DNA from: Macrostomum lignano
Taxonomy: Eukaryota
DNA length: 56,574 nt
Direction of reading: 5' to 3'
NCBI GenBank assembly: GCA_002269645.1
Contig: NIVC01002644.1
Location: 1-56,574, forward strand
Shown one piece after another: positions 23,995 to 36,900 of this stretch. The notes beneath the pieces are model-generated. The model searched no databases, was not told the origin of the DNA, and was given only the letters and a program-made list of their open reading frames with translations. Both the position numbers and the translations under genes were made by a program. Position 1 is the stretch's first letter. Every line of letters starts with the position of its first letter.

Positions 23995-26900
23995 CTGACT
24001 CTGTCGGGATTGCGCTGAGAGTTTAGAGAAAGACTGCTGCGATGCAGTGCGCGGCAGGAATGATGCAATTTTCGATGTTCACTGCTAAAAATTAACTGAG
24101 AACGATATTCACCTCAGATGATTGGCACCCAGTATTTTTCCAAGCTTCAGTTTGAATTTACGCCAACTCTTAATCCCAGATTCAAATTTATGCTATAATA
24201 AGTAATGCCATCTGGTATACAAATAACTTTCCCAAATTATACTGGCTATGCAATTTAGTTTTAACAAAAGTGTAATCTAGTTGGCTCCACTTATAACTTA
24301 GTTCTGTCTAGAACTTATAACCTAGCTGTTATAAATTTCCTTTCTGTTTTCCTTCTTTTTACTCCATTGAGGATTCTGTTTGTTTGCCTTTTCCCTTTTT
24401 GTTTTGGTAGAGAGAAAACTACAAATTATCTTTCTATCCCAGGATGCAATTTTTGTATAAACTTGTGCACTTAAACATAGATTTCTAGCAAACTTGTGCA
24501 ACTTTAAAAGGTTTATTTATGCTTTTTGCAACTATAATTTAAAAGCAAAGCCAGACAGAGTAGGCCCTACTATATAACAAAGAAGTAATTATACAACTTT
24601 TAGGTATATAGGAAAACATTGTACAGAAAAACATAAAAAGTAGCTAATAAAATTCAAGTGCCAAATAGGTAGCAAGTCAATTTGCCAAAAGCAGATTGTT
24701 TTGTTAAAAGTTTTCTGATATTGTAAATTTTTATGTATCATTTGAATGTATATACTTTTTTATAATGTATCCTACATTCTTGGAAATTATCTATTAATTA
24801 TTTTAGTTAAAATTTATTCAGTGTAGTATGTTTCCTTTTTATAATACTTATTGTACATACTCTATTGCTATTGTTTTACTATATGTTAATTCCTATCATA
24901 GTTGAAACATGAATGTGCTCTGTTAGGGGTTAGGGGTCATAGGTGCCAGGGTAGCTATAAGAGTAGCGTGGCCATGCTAGAGTTTGAGTCTATCCAGTTT
25001 TAAAAATAGATCTAATTACTTTAATTGAATACAAATAGATTATGCAAATATATATGAGATAAACTAAGGCACATTTTACTTATTAAGCCAAGGTCAAGGA
25101 TATATTTATTTATTAATTTGTCATCATAACAAAATTAAATAAATTGTTTGAATTGTTTGAATTCAAGTTTATTTTACAATATGGGTCTATTTTAAAATAA
25201 ACTAATAACATTTAAATATTAAAATTTAAAATATCAAAATAAAGGTCTTGTTCAAAAAAACATATAAAAATAATTGCCATTCTAAAGCTGGCTATACCTC
25301 CACAAGTGGCACAATCCAACTTAAGGCCACTGGTTGTCTAGCTATCCAGAGAGTAATAGTCTAAAATCAGAAAAATAAGCAAGGGCTTGATTTGAATTCT
25401 AGTATTGATTGATAGCTTAGTAGCTAACTTTTCAATCTCAAACATATATCCCTTTCCATAGTCCAGATCATGCTTGGTGCATGCCCAAACAAAAATTGAA
25501 TAGTTACAAATGCATGCCAAAAAGTGAGTATATGACTACATTCAAATCTATGCCATATAACAACAATATGACATTTTTGTGTTGCAATAGTAAATGACCT
25601 TTTTTGTTGCAAAAAGAATCTTTTTTGACAAATAATTTGGTTGCTTTTTTGTCTTTCTTACCTATACTATCTTTGCTGGAAAATTCATACACACAAACCT
25701 TTGTGTAAATACTATATTATGAGCTTAAAAACTGAAAAGCTTGAAATTTAATGCTTAAAAATGAACTTTTTGAAATGATTCTTTTTCTACTTACAAGTAA
25801 GTATAACACTAGCCCTTTTGCATGATTCTATAAAGTGTGCATGTGCACCATGACATGAGTATTGATATTCAAACCTACTATTACTAAGAACAGGCTAAAT
25901 CCAAGACTAAGATTATTGATTATATGTTAGAATTTTCTTATGTATATTTCATTTGCAATATGGCATAACACTTTGGCTTTGTCTTAGGCCTAGGCCTAGT
26001 CAAGTATAATTTTTTTGAAGTCTAAATGTTTAACATAAGCCCTGACCTAACAAAGCTTGATAAAATACTCAATAATAATGATAGGCCTATAGTGGCAGCG
26101 TGGCTAGCTAGTGGCCATACCTTTTTATACCAGAAGCAGAAATTTAGCATATAGAATGCACTATAGATAGCATATATATACTTATTGTAGACTATGGATA
26201 TCAATTCCTGAGAGTCCTCCCTGAGGACCCAAAAATTTGGGGTTTTTTACTTTTAGTTTTTGCTAGGGCCAGGGGAAATTGCAGGGGATGAAGCCGTGAA
26301 ATGAAAAGAACCAAGAAAAATTGCAATCAAAATTCTGTTTTGAAAAACTGTTCAAATGACATTAGTTGTCATTCATTGCAGTAAAATATAAAAAAAACAA
26401 AATTAACCTTTAGGTAGACATACTTTAGTACAAATTATTAGTGCTTTAATTAAAATGCTACACTTCTCATCTATGATTCTAAGAAACCATCACTGATGAT
26501 TCACATCTAACCCATTAAGTATCAAGTATCAATCTGACGAAGATGAAGATGCTGACCCTTGGCTCTATCATTTTTTATGACTAGTCGAATATTTACTTTT
26601 ATCCTTTCTTTTCAATCTTAAAATTTGTTCCAATAATGACAACTATAAGCCGCTCAGCGGACCGCGCGCCGGCCTGAGTACGACTTTTTTAAATTGTAAC
26701 TTGTAAAAACAAATGTTTCACAAAGGGAAACTTCAGACTAAAGCATACCATTTTTACTTCTTTTATAGCAACAATTAAATTTAAAATGTTTTAAGACTTT
26801 TTATTTATCGTACAGTCAAATTTACAATGGTACACTTATTTGACATTCCGAGTGACCCAATAATTCATTTTTTAGTTCGTAGAGAAGAAATGCAACAATA

Positions 26901-27489
26901 CAATGCATCTGCATGAATAGCATTCAGCCTTGATTCCAGGCGCGAACCCAGAATTTTTTAGGGGGGCAGGCTGTACCAACTCTTCACAGTACTTAGTACA
27001 AAAAAGGACGCTGTTAGTTATAGTAGTAAATGTATATCTACACATGTAGCAGTAAATACATGCATATAGTGCTCGTTGTTTTTGAGCAGTAATAATTGTA
27101 GAATCATTGATTCTTTACTTTCCAGCTGCCTCCGGACGTTTGCGAATTGTAAGTTTACATGTACATAAAGTTTATAACTACCAAAATTATTATTCAGATT
27201 AGAATCATATGTAGTCCAGATCTACCATCTATCGACCCACATGCATGAAAAACTAATGTACATGTAATTCGCAGGCCTCAAGGATACGTAAAGAGTACAC
27301 CAGAACTGATATGCACTCGATTCGTGAATTGCAATCAGTAGGCAACGACCGCGGCGATTAAAAGCATGTTAATTCTTTCGCCACGGAAACAAAAAATTGA
27401 CCAATAAGCATACATCTGCTTATTACTGCATGACTTGCTAGACCGCATTATAGGCGACTAAAGAAGACAGCGCCTTGAGCGCTAGAAAT

Positions 27490-27652
27490 TTTAACCTGGA
27501 CTAGTGTGGCGCTTCGATGCTCGATTCCAAGTGCAGTCACATTCATTTGAGGCTATTGGAATCTCGGCTTGGCTCTGCTCGTGCAATTTTACTATAGTAA
27601 GCCCTTGAGAGCCAACCCCCAAGGCACAGTGAAGTGTATACATGCCTAAAAA
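27490..27652 (+). mobile_element. tRNA-derived SINE (copy C, 5' degenerate)
   Basis: GCTCGATTCCAAGTGCAGTC...GGAATCTCGGCTTGGCTCTGCTCGTGCAATT...CACAGTGAAGTGTA aligns to 27996-28181. Confidence 0.7.
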
Positions 27653-27769
27653 TGAATGTCCCGGTTTTGCTCAACATTCACCTGCGTGGCTCTGGTTGAA
27701 AAATTGGAAAAAAACTTGCAAAAGAACCCGGAAACATCAGAGATTTGTGGGTCTTTAAGTTAAGATAAA

Positions 27770-27856
27770 AAGCAAGCCTCAGACATCAGATTTGCGATCA
27801 ATCACTAAACTAGATCAGCATTAGCTACGTCCCGTTTGTGTCATCACTGCTTGCTT
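27770..27856 (-). ncRNA. SNORD82-like C/D snoRNA (copy B) with a 4-bp insertion in the guide; probable pseudogene
   Basis: C box GTGATGA (27847-27841), D' and D CTGA and terminal stem retained; guide reads GGGACGTA-GCTA-ATG. Confidence 0.75.
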
Positions 27857-27995
27857 CTTGAATACTTTGTTGGTTAGAGGAAAAATGTCACTATTCAATT
27901 GATCCAGAATATTGACAAAAAGTGATGGAAAACGAAAGCGAAATTAGAAGGCGGAAAGGAGCGGAGCAGAGGGGCGGACTGAGGGCGGAAGGAGG

Positions 27996-28181
27996 GGGCT
28001 GTAGCCCTGTGGTCTAGCGCAGCGCTCTGATGTACCAGCGGCCCAGGTTCGATTCCCAGTGCAGTCGCATTAATCTGGGGCTAAATTGGAATCTGGGCTT
28101 GCCTCTGCTCGTGCAATTACGCTCGTCACACCCTTGAACCAACCCCCAAGTCACAGTGAAGTGTACATGCCTAATGATAAA
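27996..28181 (+). mobile_element. tRNA-derived SINE (copy B, most complete)
   Basis: A-box-like TAGCCCTGTGG, B box GGTTCGATTCC (28046-28056); tRNA-unrelated body shared with copies A and C. Confidence 0.78.
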
Positions 28182-28598
28182 CCTCTTGCCAGTTGTGTGA
28201 CAATGTCTCTTAATGTCTCTTAAAGTGCGCCAGGGTGCACACAGCCCCGTTGCCTCAAATAAAAATTGGATTACTTGATACAAGTAAGCAATTTCATGTA
28301 AACAACTACCAGAGACACTGACAGACTTGATATTAAATCTGTCATTAATGTTATGATGTTATTAAGTACATAAAGTACAATATAATTAGTTAATTTATTA
28401 CAGACGTAGTTGTCAAGTTGTTCCGCAAAAAGAGCAACAAAATTACAAGACATTGATTTGCGCATTACACAATGAAAACAACGGCACAGCGAATTACACA
28501 GAATATACATGATACTCGTGCTATACCGTAATATACATTTTTGCAGCCTATCATCTGAGCTTACACTCACTGATTTAAATTCAATCCAAATCAATGTT

Positions 28599-28998
28599 TG
28601 CCAAATCAATGGAGCTTCTGTCTATGGTAGCAAGGCTGGCACAAACAGCATTTGATTTGGTCCAAAGCCGCCAAATAGTTTCAGCCTTGAAGATTTTCAT
28701 TTAGACACGACTGTCACAAGCGGTAGGAACGAAAGGCGAGGAGAAGCAACGAGCAAGCTCAGTCCCAGAATTGTGGACTGTCGAACAAACGCCACGGACT
28801 TGTGATCAAAGCGGTGTTTTAATTGACCACGCTAGAAGAAAGCTCTTCGTTTTTGTTATACTTGACGTCACCTTGTATTGGTACAGTGAAACTTGCTCAA
28901 ATAAATTGCTTTCATAGGCGCTATGATGGATCAAATTAAATTAAAATTGGCTGTGCCAGCCAATTGCTACCATAGACAAAAGCTCCATTGCTTTGGCC
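28599..28998. mobile_element. MITE-like fold-back element (~400 bp) starting 17 nt after the PRKRIP1 stop
   Basis: 28600-28643 vs reverse complement of 28952-28997: 42/44 matches plus a 2-nt bulge; flanked by GTT on both sides (28596-28598, 28999-29001); no coding capacity. Confidence 0.7.
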
Positions 28999-29015
28999 GT
29001 TTCTCGACCCCTTCC

Positions 29016-29651
29016 TTACTTTGCGTTATCGTCGCCGCTCTCGTCTTCCGATCCGTACGAAGATCCCGCTCCAGCAGAAGCAGCTGCCGCGTTATCCCCT
29101 AATCTCGGCTGCTTGCCCTTAGCCTGCTTAGCCTTGGCCTTCTTCTTAGCCCGTTTCGCCCGCTTCTTAGCCTGCTTCTCCTCCAGCTCGGCCTGCTTGG
29201 CGCTGACCCGCTCCTCGAACTCTTTCTCCGCCTGCGCCTCGGCGTCCTTTCTATCCATGTATTCTCGACGCTCGAATTCTCGCCGACGGATGCCCCGATA
29301 GATGTCGAAATCGCCGGAGCCGACGCCGGCGGAGCTGCCGCGAATGTTGCGCACAAATTGCCACGGCTCGCGCGGCCGGTGCTCTCGCTTTGGTCCGGGC
29401 AGCTGGACCTGCTCTTCCGGCTTCGACATCAGCTTGTCTAGCCGTTTGCGCGCCAAATCGTAGCCAGTTTTTGGCTGGCCTCGACGCAGCGGCTCCGTTG
29501 TGTTGCCGGTGTCAACCGCTACGATGAATTTCTTTTTTGCGTCAGCGCCAACGCTCTCGCCGTCGTCGCTGGAGACGCCGCTGGCAGAGTCCGCGGCGGT
29601 GGCGGCGACATTTTTTGAAGCACCGGCGGCAGATAAAGTGAACGTCGACAT
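29016..29651 (-). CDS. PRKRIP1: PRKR-interacting protein 1 homolog (DUF1168), single exon, 211 aa
   Basis: FVRNIRGSSAGVGSGDFDIYRGIRRREFERREYMD matches the family motif; Lys/Arg-rich tail. The upstream ORF extension to 29768 is probably non-coding. Confidence 0.9.
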   Translation of the reverse strand: MSTFTLSAAGASKNVAATAADSASGVSSDDGESVGADAKKKFIVAVDTGNTTEPLRRGQPKTGYDLARKRLDKLMSKPEEQVQLPGPKREHRPREPWQFVRNIRGSSAGVGSGDFDIYRGIRRREFERREYMDRKDAEAQAEKEFEERVSAKQAELEEKQAKKRAKRAKKKAKAKQAKGKQPRLGDNAAAASAGAGSSYGSEDESGDDNAK

Positions 29652-29889
29652 GCAAAAAAGTTTTTTTACAAATCGAGTTAGATCAATACAGGTAGGATTT
29701 ACAAAATCAAACGAGGAATGAGATGGAATGCTAAGGAGGATCATCTCTAAAGTAGGTGGCACTGGCATCTAACATCAGAGGTAAGATTTAAGACTCAAAG
29801 GTAAGAATTAGGATGACGTCATGAGCGAGATTTTTAATAACTGAAAGGTGAGACTTAGAAGATCTACACGTAAGGATGACATTTAGAAT

Positions 29890-30310
29890 CTCAAACTTGA
29901 CCTCCAAGGCGAGATTCAGGATGACATCAAAGGTGAGATTCAGGAAGACCTCCAATCCAAGGTGAGATTCAGGATGACCTCCAATCCAAGGTGAGATTCA
30001 GGATGACCTCCAATCCAAGGTGAGATTCAGGATGATCTCCAAGGTGAGATTCAGGATGTCCTCCAAGGTGAAATTCAGCTGATGACCTTCAAGGTGAGAC
30101 TCAGGATGACCTCCAAGAAGAGATTCAGGGTGACCTCCAATCCCAAGGTGAGATTCAGGATGACCACCAAGGTGAGATACAGAATGACCTCCAATCCAAG
30201 GTGAGATTCAGGATGACCTCAAAGGTGAGATTCAGCTGATGACCTCCAAGGTAGTATTCAGGATGACCTCCAAGGTGAGATTCAGGATGACCCCAAAATG
30301 AGATTCAGGT
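29890..30310. repeat. 24/29-bp minisatellite (CCAAGGTGAGATTCAGGATGACCT +/- CCAAT)
   Basis: Tandem periodicity between RCBTB and PRKRIP1. Confidence 0.9.
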
Positions 30311-30946
30311 TTTCTCCTTCAAAGAGAGACTCAGAATAACATTAAGATTGCTTTTCTAGATGACATCAATAATGTATATTATGCTACATGTAATACATGT
30401 ATTTACAGTAATCTTAGTAGAGACAGAGTGAACTGTTGCTTTAGAAGAGCAGCAATGGAGCTGGGATATCCTTCTTGAAGTTATGTAGAATATCTATCTA
30501 GGAAAGAAAACCAATGTCTTTGTTTCTGTAAATCACTAGATTCGTTCAGCATTCAGTTATAATTTTATAGGTCACGTGGGTTCAATAGTAAGCACGCAAA
30601 ATATTGAAATCAAAAGAATAACCAAAACTGTCTGTAAAGTAAAAAAAATTACAAGCATTGATCTTCTAGAGGCGACTGCTGTTATCAGGAAAAAGACGGC
30701 AGAACAAAAATTGTAAAAAGAGTTGCCGCGTTTCAACTGACTACTTACTAAGTAGCGGGCAAGGAAAATTTGCGCATTAATACGTGTAAAAATAAAAAGG
30801 CAGCACTTTATTTAAAGAATGATTTTATATTTTCTTAAATGAAAAATGCACACGAGTTTCTGGTGGCAGACAGTTTTAATTGCAATTTGTCTATTCTGTC
30901 TCTATCATTATGGTTGATTAGCTGAAGCCAGTTCAATCCAAGCTCG

Positions 30947-33900
30947 TCAATATTTGAAAGCGCCTGCGGCGGCCGCCTGCCGCAGGAAGGAGCGCAGAGT
31001 GGCCTCGTCGAGTTCGTCGAAGGCCTCGGTGGACACGACTCGAGTCAGATGGTGGATGGCGAATTCGAAGCAGAACTTTTGAAGCTCCTGTCAAATAGTA
31101 CCGATAATTGTAATAGGTTATTTCGAAAGCGGCATATCAAATCTACTAAGAGTAGTAAGCATAAAAATTGAAAAATAATTTTGGAGACGTTGTCACAGAA
31201 ACTTAAAAAGTCTTTCAAAAATCGTATGTCCACAATCCACAAACTCCACAATCCACAAACTCCACAATCCACAAACTCCACAATCCAGAAACTCCACAAT
31301 CCAGAAACTCCACAATCCAGAAACTCCACAATCCACAAACTCCACAATCTACAAACTCTACAATCAACAAACTCTACAATCTACAAAATCCACAATCTAC
31401 AAACTCCACAATCCACAAACTCCACAATCCACAAACTCCACACTCTACAAACTCCACAATCTACAAACTCCACAATCTACAAACTCCACACTCTACAAAC
31501 TCCACAATCTACAAACTCCACAATCCACAAACTCTACACTCTACAAACTCCACAATCTACAAACTCCACAATCCACAAACTCCACAATCTGCAAACTCCA
31601 CAATCCACAAACTCCACAATCCACAAACTCCACAATCTACAAACTCCACAATCTACAAACTCCACAATCCACAAACTCCACAATCCAAAAACTCCACACT
31701 CTACAAACTCCACAATCCACAAACTCCACACTCTACAAACTCCACAATCTACAAACTCCACAATCCACAAACTCCACAATCCACAAACTCCACAATCTAC
31801 AAACTCCACAATCCACAAACTCCACAATCCACAAACTCCACAATCTACAAACTCCACAATCCACAAACTCCACAATCTACAAACTCCACAATCCACAAAC
31901 TCCACAATCCACAAACTCCACAATCCACAAACTCCACAATCTACAAACTCCACAATCCAGAAACTCCACAATCCAGAAACTCCACAATCCAGAAACTCCA
32001 CAATCCACAAACTCCACAATCCAGAAACTCCACAATCCACAAACTCCACAATCCACAAACTCCACAATCTACAAACTCCACAATCTACAAAATCCACAAT
32101 CTACAAACTCCACAATCCACAAACTCCACAATCAACAAACTCCACAATCCACAAACTCCACAATCTACAAACTCCACAATCCACAAACTCCACAATCTAC
32201 AAACTCCACAATCCACAAACTCCACAATCCACAAACTCCACAATCCACAAACTCCACAATCTACAAACTCCACAATCCACAAACTCCACAATCCACAAAC
32301 TCCACAATCCACAAACTCCACAATCTACAAACTCCACAATCCAGAAACTCCACAATCCACAAACTCCACAATCTACAAACTCCACAATCCACAAACTCCA
32401 CAATCTACAAACTCCACAATCCACAAACTCCACAATCCACAAACTCCACAATCCACAAACTCCACAATCTACAAACTCCACAATCCACAAACTCCACAAT
32501 CTACAAACTCCACAATCCACAAACTCCACAATCTACAAACTCCACAATCCAGAAACTCCACAATCCACAAACTCCACAATCTACAAACTCCACAATCCAC
32601 AAACTCCACAATCTACAAACTCCACAATCCACAAACTCCACAATCAACAAACTCCACAATCCACAAACTCCACAATCCACAAACTCCACAATCCACAAAC
32701 TCCACAATCTACAAACTCCACAATCCACAAACTCCACAATCCACAAACTCCACAATCCACAAACTCCACAATCCACAAACTCCACAATCCACAAACTCCA
32801 CAATCTACAAACTCCACAATCCACAAACTCCACAATCCACAAACTCCACAATCCACAAACTCCACAATCCACAAACTCCACAATCTACAAACTCCACAAT
32901 CCAGAAACTCCACAATCCACAAACTCCACAATTTACAAACTCCACAACCCCCACAATTCCCAATTAAATATCGGTAATCAGTTTTAATAAAAAAACCGAT
33001 TGACGCTCTACTAAAAGTAGACAATTAATGTTTTGGTTGGATTTCTGTAAAAACCACAGCTAAACTTACCGAAGCGGAGAATTTTACAGCAGCTAAATAA
33101 AGCATCATGGCGTTGTCAATGGTGATGCTGTTTTTAATTAGCCTCTCGCAATGCGCTTTTAGCGGAGCTTCGCAATAGCAGTTGGCCAAATCCAACAGGC
33201 TGATGGCCTCTTCCGGGGACAGATTCACGTTGTCTGTGTACAGGAATTCCAGGAAGGCCCAATACACTGGGTAGGAGAAGTCGCGAATCGCAATCTGCGA
33301 TGCAATTTGGGATGGTGCAGTGGCCGTTAGGAAATTCATGACCAATTAATTATTAGCGAAAGAAGTAGTGACGACTGAAGTTTGTCTCTTGCTCATTCTG
33401 CTCTTTTCTCTATACTCTCTACTGTCTGTTCTCTACTCTCTACTGTCTGTTCTCTAGTCTCTATTGTCTCTTCTCTACTCTCTGTCTGTTCTCTACTCTC
33501 TGTCTGTTCTCTACTCTCTGTCTGTTCTCTACTCTCTGTCTGTTCTCTACTCTCTGTCTGTTCTCTACTCTCTGTCTGTTCTCTACTCTCTGTCTGTTCT
33601 ATACTCTCTACTGTCTGTTCTCTACTCTCTACTGTCTCTTCTCTAGTCTCTACTGTCTCTTCTCTACTCTCTGTCTGTTCTCTACTCTCTGTCTGTTCTC
33701 TACTCTCTGTCTGTTCTCTACTCTCTGTCTGTTCTCTACTCTCTACTGTCTGTTCTCTACTCTCTGTCTGTTCTCTACTCTCTGTCTGTTCTCTACTCTC
33801 TACTGTCTCTTCTCTAGTCTCTACTGTCTCTTCTCTACTCTCTACTGTCTCTTCTCTAGTCTCTACTGTCTCTTCTCTACTCCCTACTCTCTACTGTCTC

Positions 33901-36900
33901 TTCTCTACTCTCTACTCTCTACTGTCTCTTCTCTAGTCTCTACTGTCTCTTCTCTAGTCTCTCCGCCTCAAAAACAGCATTTCTCACCACGCCCGCCGAC
34001 TGTGTCTGGTTCCAATTCTCGTTGAACATGGTGCGAAAATGGTCGCACCGGATTCGCAGAATGCTCTTGTGCGCGTGGATCAGCTTGCCGTCCACTTGGA
34101 AAGTTACGTCGCTAGTAGCGGAATCGTTGAATGCCAACTGAATGCTCTGTGCTATGCTGACGGTGTAGTTTGGCTCTGGAAGCAGAATTTACGGGCGATA
34201 GTCAGAGCTTTCATACAGGCAGATTAGCATCCCTGTTCAGGGCGGATTAAAACTAAAATTATCTTCGATGGATCTGAAGCAAAGTTCGCAGGCGGATTAG
34301 CGGCGAATCTCAGGGAAGGGATTAGCGACGAATCTCAGGGGAGGGATTAGCAACGAATCTCAGGGAGGGATTGTAATTGCCTCGCAATATTATTATCAAT
34401 TTGTTCTAAATAGGCGAGTGAGTTATATTATAAATGTACATCTTGTGTCGCATTAGTCATGTATGCCGTACGCGTAAAACCTCAAATATATATATCGCTA
34501 ACCTGGCCAGTTAGGGCCCCGTGTTTGATTTTCTCGCTCAGCTTAACACGCGGCCTTCAGACTTTACAGTGGCGTCGCAAGCAAGCCCACTTTGTCCAGT
34601 CACTCATGGCTCAATTCATCTCACTGCCACCCCCTGAGCAATTCAGCACTAGTGCAGATCAGCAGAATGCCGGTAAACGCTGGAACAAATGGTCCGATCA
34701 TTTTTGTGACTTTATCGAAGCGTCAGGCATCAAAGACGAAACTCAGAAGTGCAAGCTCCTGGCCTACACGGCCGGCAGAGAAATCGCGCAAATCATTAAA
34801 GACCTGCCAAATGACAAGAAAGACAGCCTCGAAACTCTGCTCGCAGCAATAAAAGAGCACTTCAAGGAGCGCAACAACATCGTATTTGCCCGCTATCAGT
34901 TTCGTCTATGCGTTCAGCAAACCGGAGAGCCAGTGGACTCCTGGTACTCCCGACTCAACTCAGCGGCCGAGACATGCGAGTTCTCAGCACTCAAGGACTC
35001 CCTAATCAGAGATCAGATAGTGGCCACATGCTGCTCCGATAAACTTCGGCGAAGATTACTGCAGGAGTCCAACATCTCTCTCGGCGATGCGTTGAGACAA
35101 GCGCGCGCGTTTGAAGCAGCAGAAGAGCAGGCCACGGCCATTGAGAACTCCAGTAGCATCGCAGCAGTGCACAGAGCGGCACCGAAGCAGTTCAGAGACA
35201 GCGGAACGCGCCCGAACAGTCAGCGGGTCCCTGGCGGCCAAGCAAACAGCGGCCCAATCAGCTGCTATCGATGCGGCGAACGCGGGCACAGCTCATGCAA
35301 CGCGGCAAAAGGCAAAACCTGCCTGGCATGCGGCAAGCCAAACCATCTCGCCAAAGCATGCAGACAACGCAGGCCTCAAACAAGCTCCAGCATCAACGCC
35401 GTAGCGGACAAAGAAGCTGAGGGGGTCTTCATCGATCACGATTCGCTAAATGAGGAGGCTTTCACTATCCAGTCGCAAAAAACGGCACCCAGACGCAACT
35501 CCGCCAACACTAATCTGAGGATCGAGGGCAAGGACTTCATCGTACTCGTGGATAGTGGAGCCAGTTGCAACGTCATGAGCGAGGAGAACTTCCGGCGGCT
35601 AAGAAATGTTCGACTGCGCAGCGCCATCCATCCAATTTTCAGCTACGGGTCCACAACGCCTCTCCAAGTCCTGGGTGTCGCTGACCTCAACGTGAGCACC
35701 GCAGCTAGCAGACAACTAGCTTCATTCTACATCACCAAAGGCTGTGGAACCACACTACTTGGTTGAGAAACCGCTTTCAACATGGGAATTCTGCACATCC
35801 AAATCCAACAGTTGAAGTCAACTCGGTGCAGCCCACGGAAAATCTAGCCGCATCAGGTATTCAAGAGCTGTTCTCCAAGTACAGAGATGTCGACCAAGAT
35901 CTTCCAACCGAACTCCGCATCAGCAGCATCCTTGGTGAGTTTCAGTCAATCTTCGAAGGCCTTGGCTGCGTTAAGGGCGTCGAGGTCGACGTTCGTCTTC
36001 GACCAGAAGCTGTCCCAGTCTGTCACCCACCCTCCAGAGTTCCCGTCCACCAGCGGTCGGCGGTCATCGCGGAACTTCAGGCTCTCCTCGACCAAGGAAT
36101 CATCGAGCGCGTCAACGGCCCGTCACCGTGGGTCTCCCGCATGGTTGTCGTCCCGAAAGAAGGCAGTGGCATCCGCATCTGCTAAGACCTGCGCGACGTC
36201 AACTCATTTGCCGTGCCAGAAAAGCAGCCCATCCCAACCTTTGAAGAGATCACGGACGAAATGGCGGGTTCGACGGTATTCAGCGAGCTCGACATCGTAA
36301 AGGCTTTCCACCAGATCCTCGTCAAACCGGAATCCCGTCACATCTTCACCTTCAGCACCCCACTGGGTCTCATGCGACTGACCAGACTCAGCATGGGATT
36401 CACCAACGCATCCGAGATATTGCAAAGGGTTATGACAGGCTTCCTGAGCGGCCTTGACGGTGTCCGATGGGCACACGATGACATCACTGTCTTTGCGAGC
36501 ACGATGGAAGAGCACAACATCCGACTAAAACAGTGCTTCAAGCGCCTACAAGACCATGGAATCACACTCAACCCGAACAAGTGTCGTCTGGCACAGCCTT
36601 TCATCGATTTTCTTGGTATGCGCATCAGCGCACGAGGCGTTCAGCCTGCAGCCGAGAAGATCAAGGCCGTCAAAGACTTTAAGGAGCCAACAAATGTGTC
36701 AGAGCTGCGCTCATTCCTCGGTTTGGCCACCTACCTGTCCAGGTTCGTTCCGAACTTCTCAGATCTGACGCAGCCAATGCGAGAACTGCTAAAAAAGGTC
36801 ATAAATGGTACTGGTCAGAAAGGCAACAAGAAACATTCCTGCAAACAAGAGCAGCGATCTGCAAGGAGAGCGTCCTGGCCTTCTTTGACGTGAATCTCCC

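Noticed and set aside
24921-24936. TTAGGG-like hexamers (also ~19306 and ~49093)
   Set aside because: Only 1-2 copies each; no evidence of an interstitial telomere.
25121-25127. Isolated ATGATGA C-box-like motifs (also 13887, 8690)
   Set aside because: No D box, guide or stem at a suitable distance.
26640-26975. GC-rich-ended segment that may be a transposon relic
   Set aside because: Single copy in the window; no TIR pair or TSD found.
29649-29680. TTGCATG before the PRKRIP1 ATG, and TCTTACTGC at 48572, resembling a flatworm spliced-leader sequence
   Set aside because: Matches are 7-9 nt and recalled from memory; no SL RNA stem-loops, donor or Sm site were seen.
31181-32977. 598-aa ORF and its antisense Cys/Trp-rich ORFs
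   Set aside because: Translation of a 16-bp array (3 units = 16 aa) inside RCBTB intron 5, whose flanking exons splice in frame.
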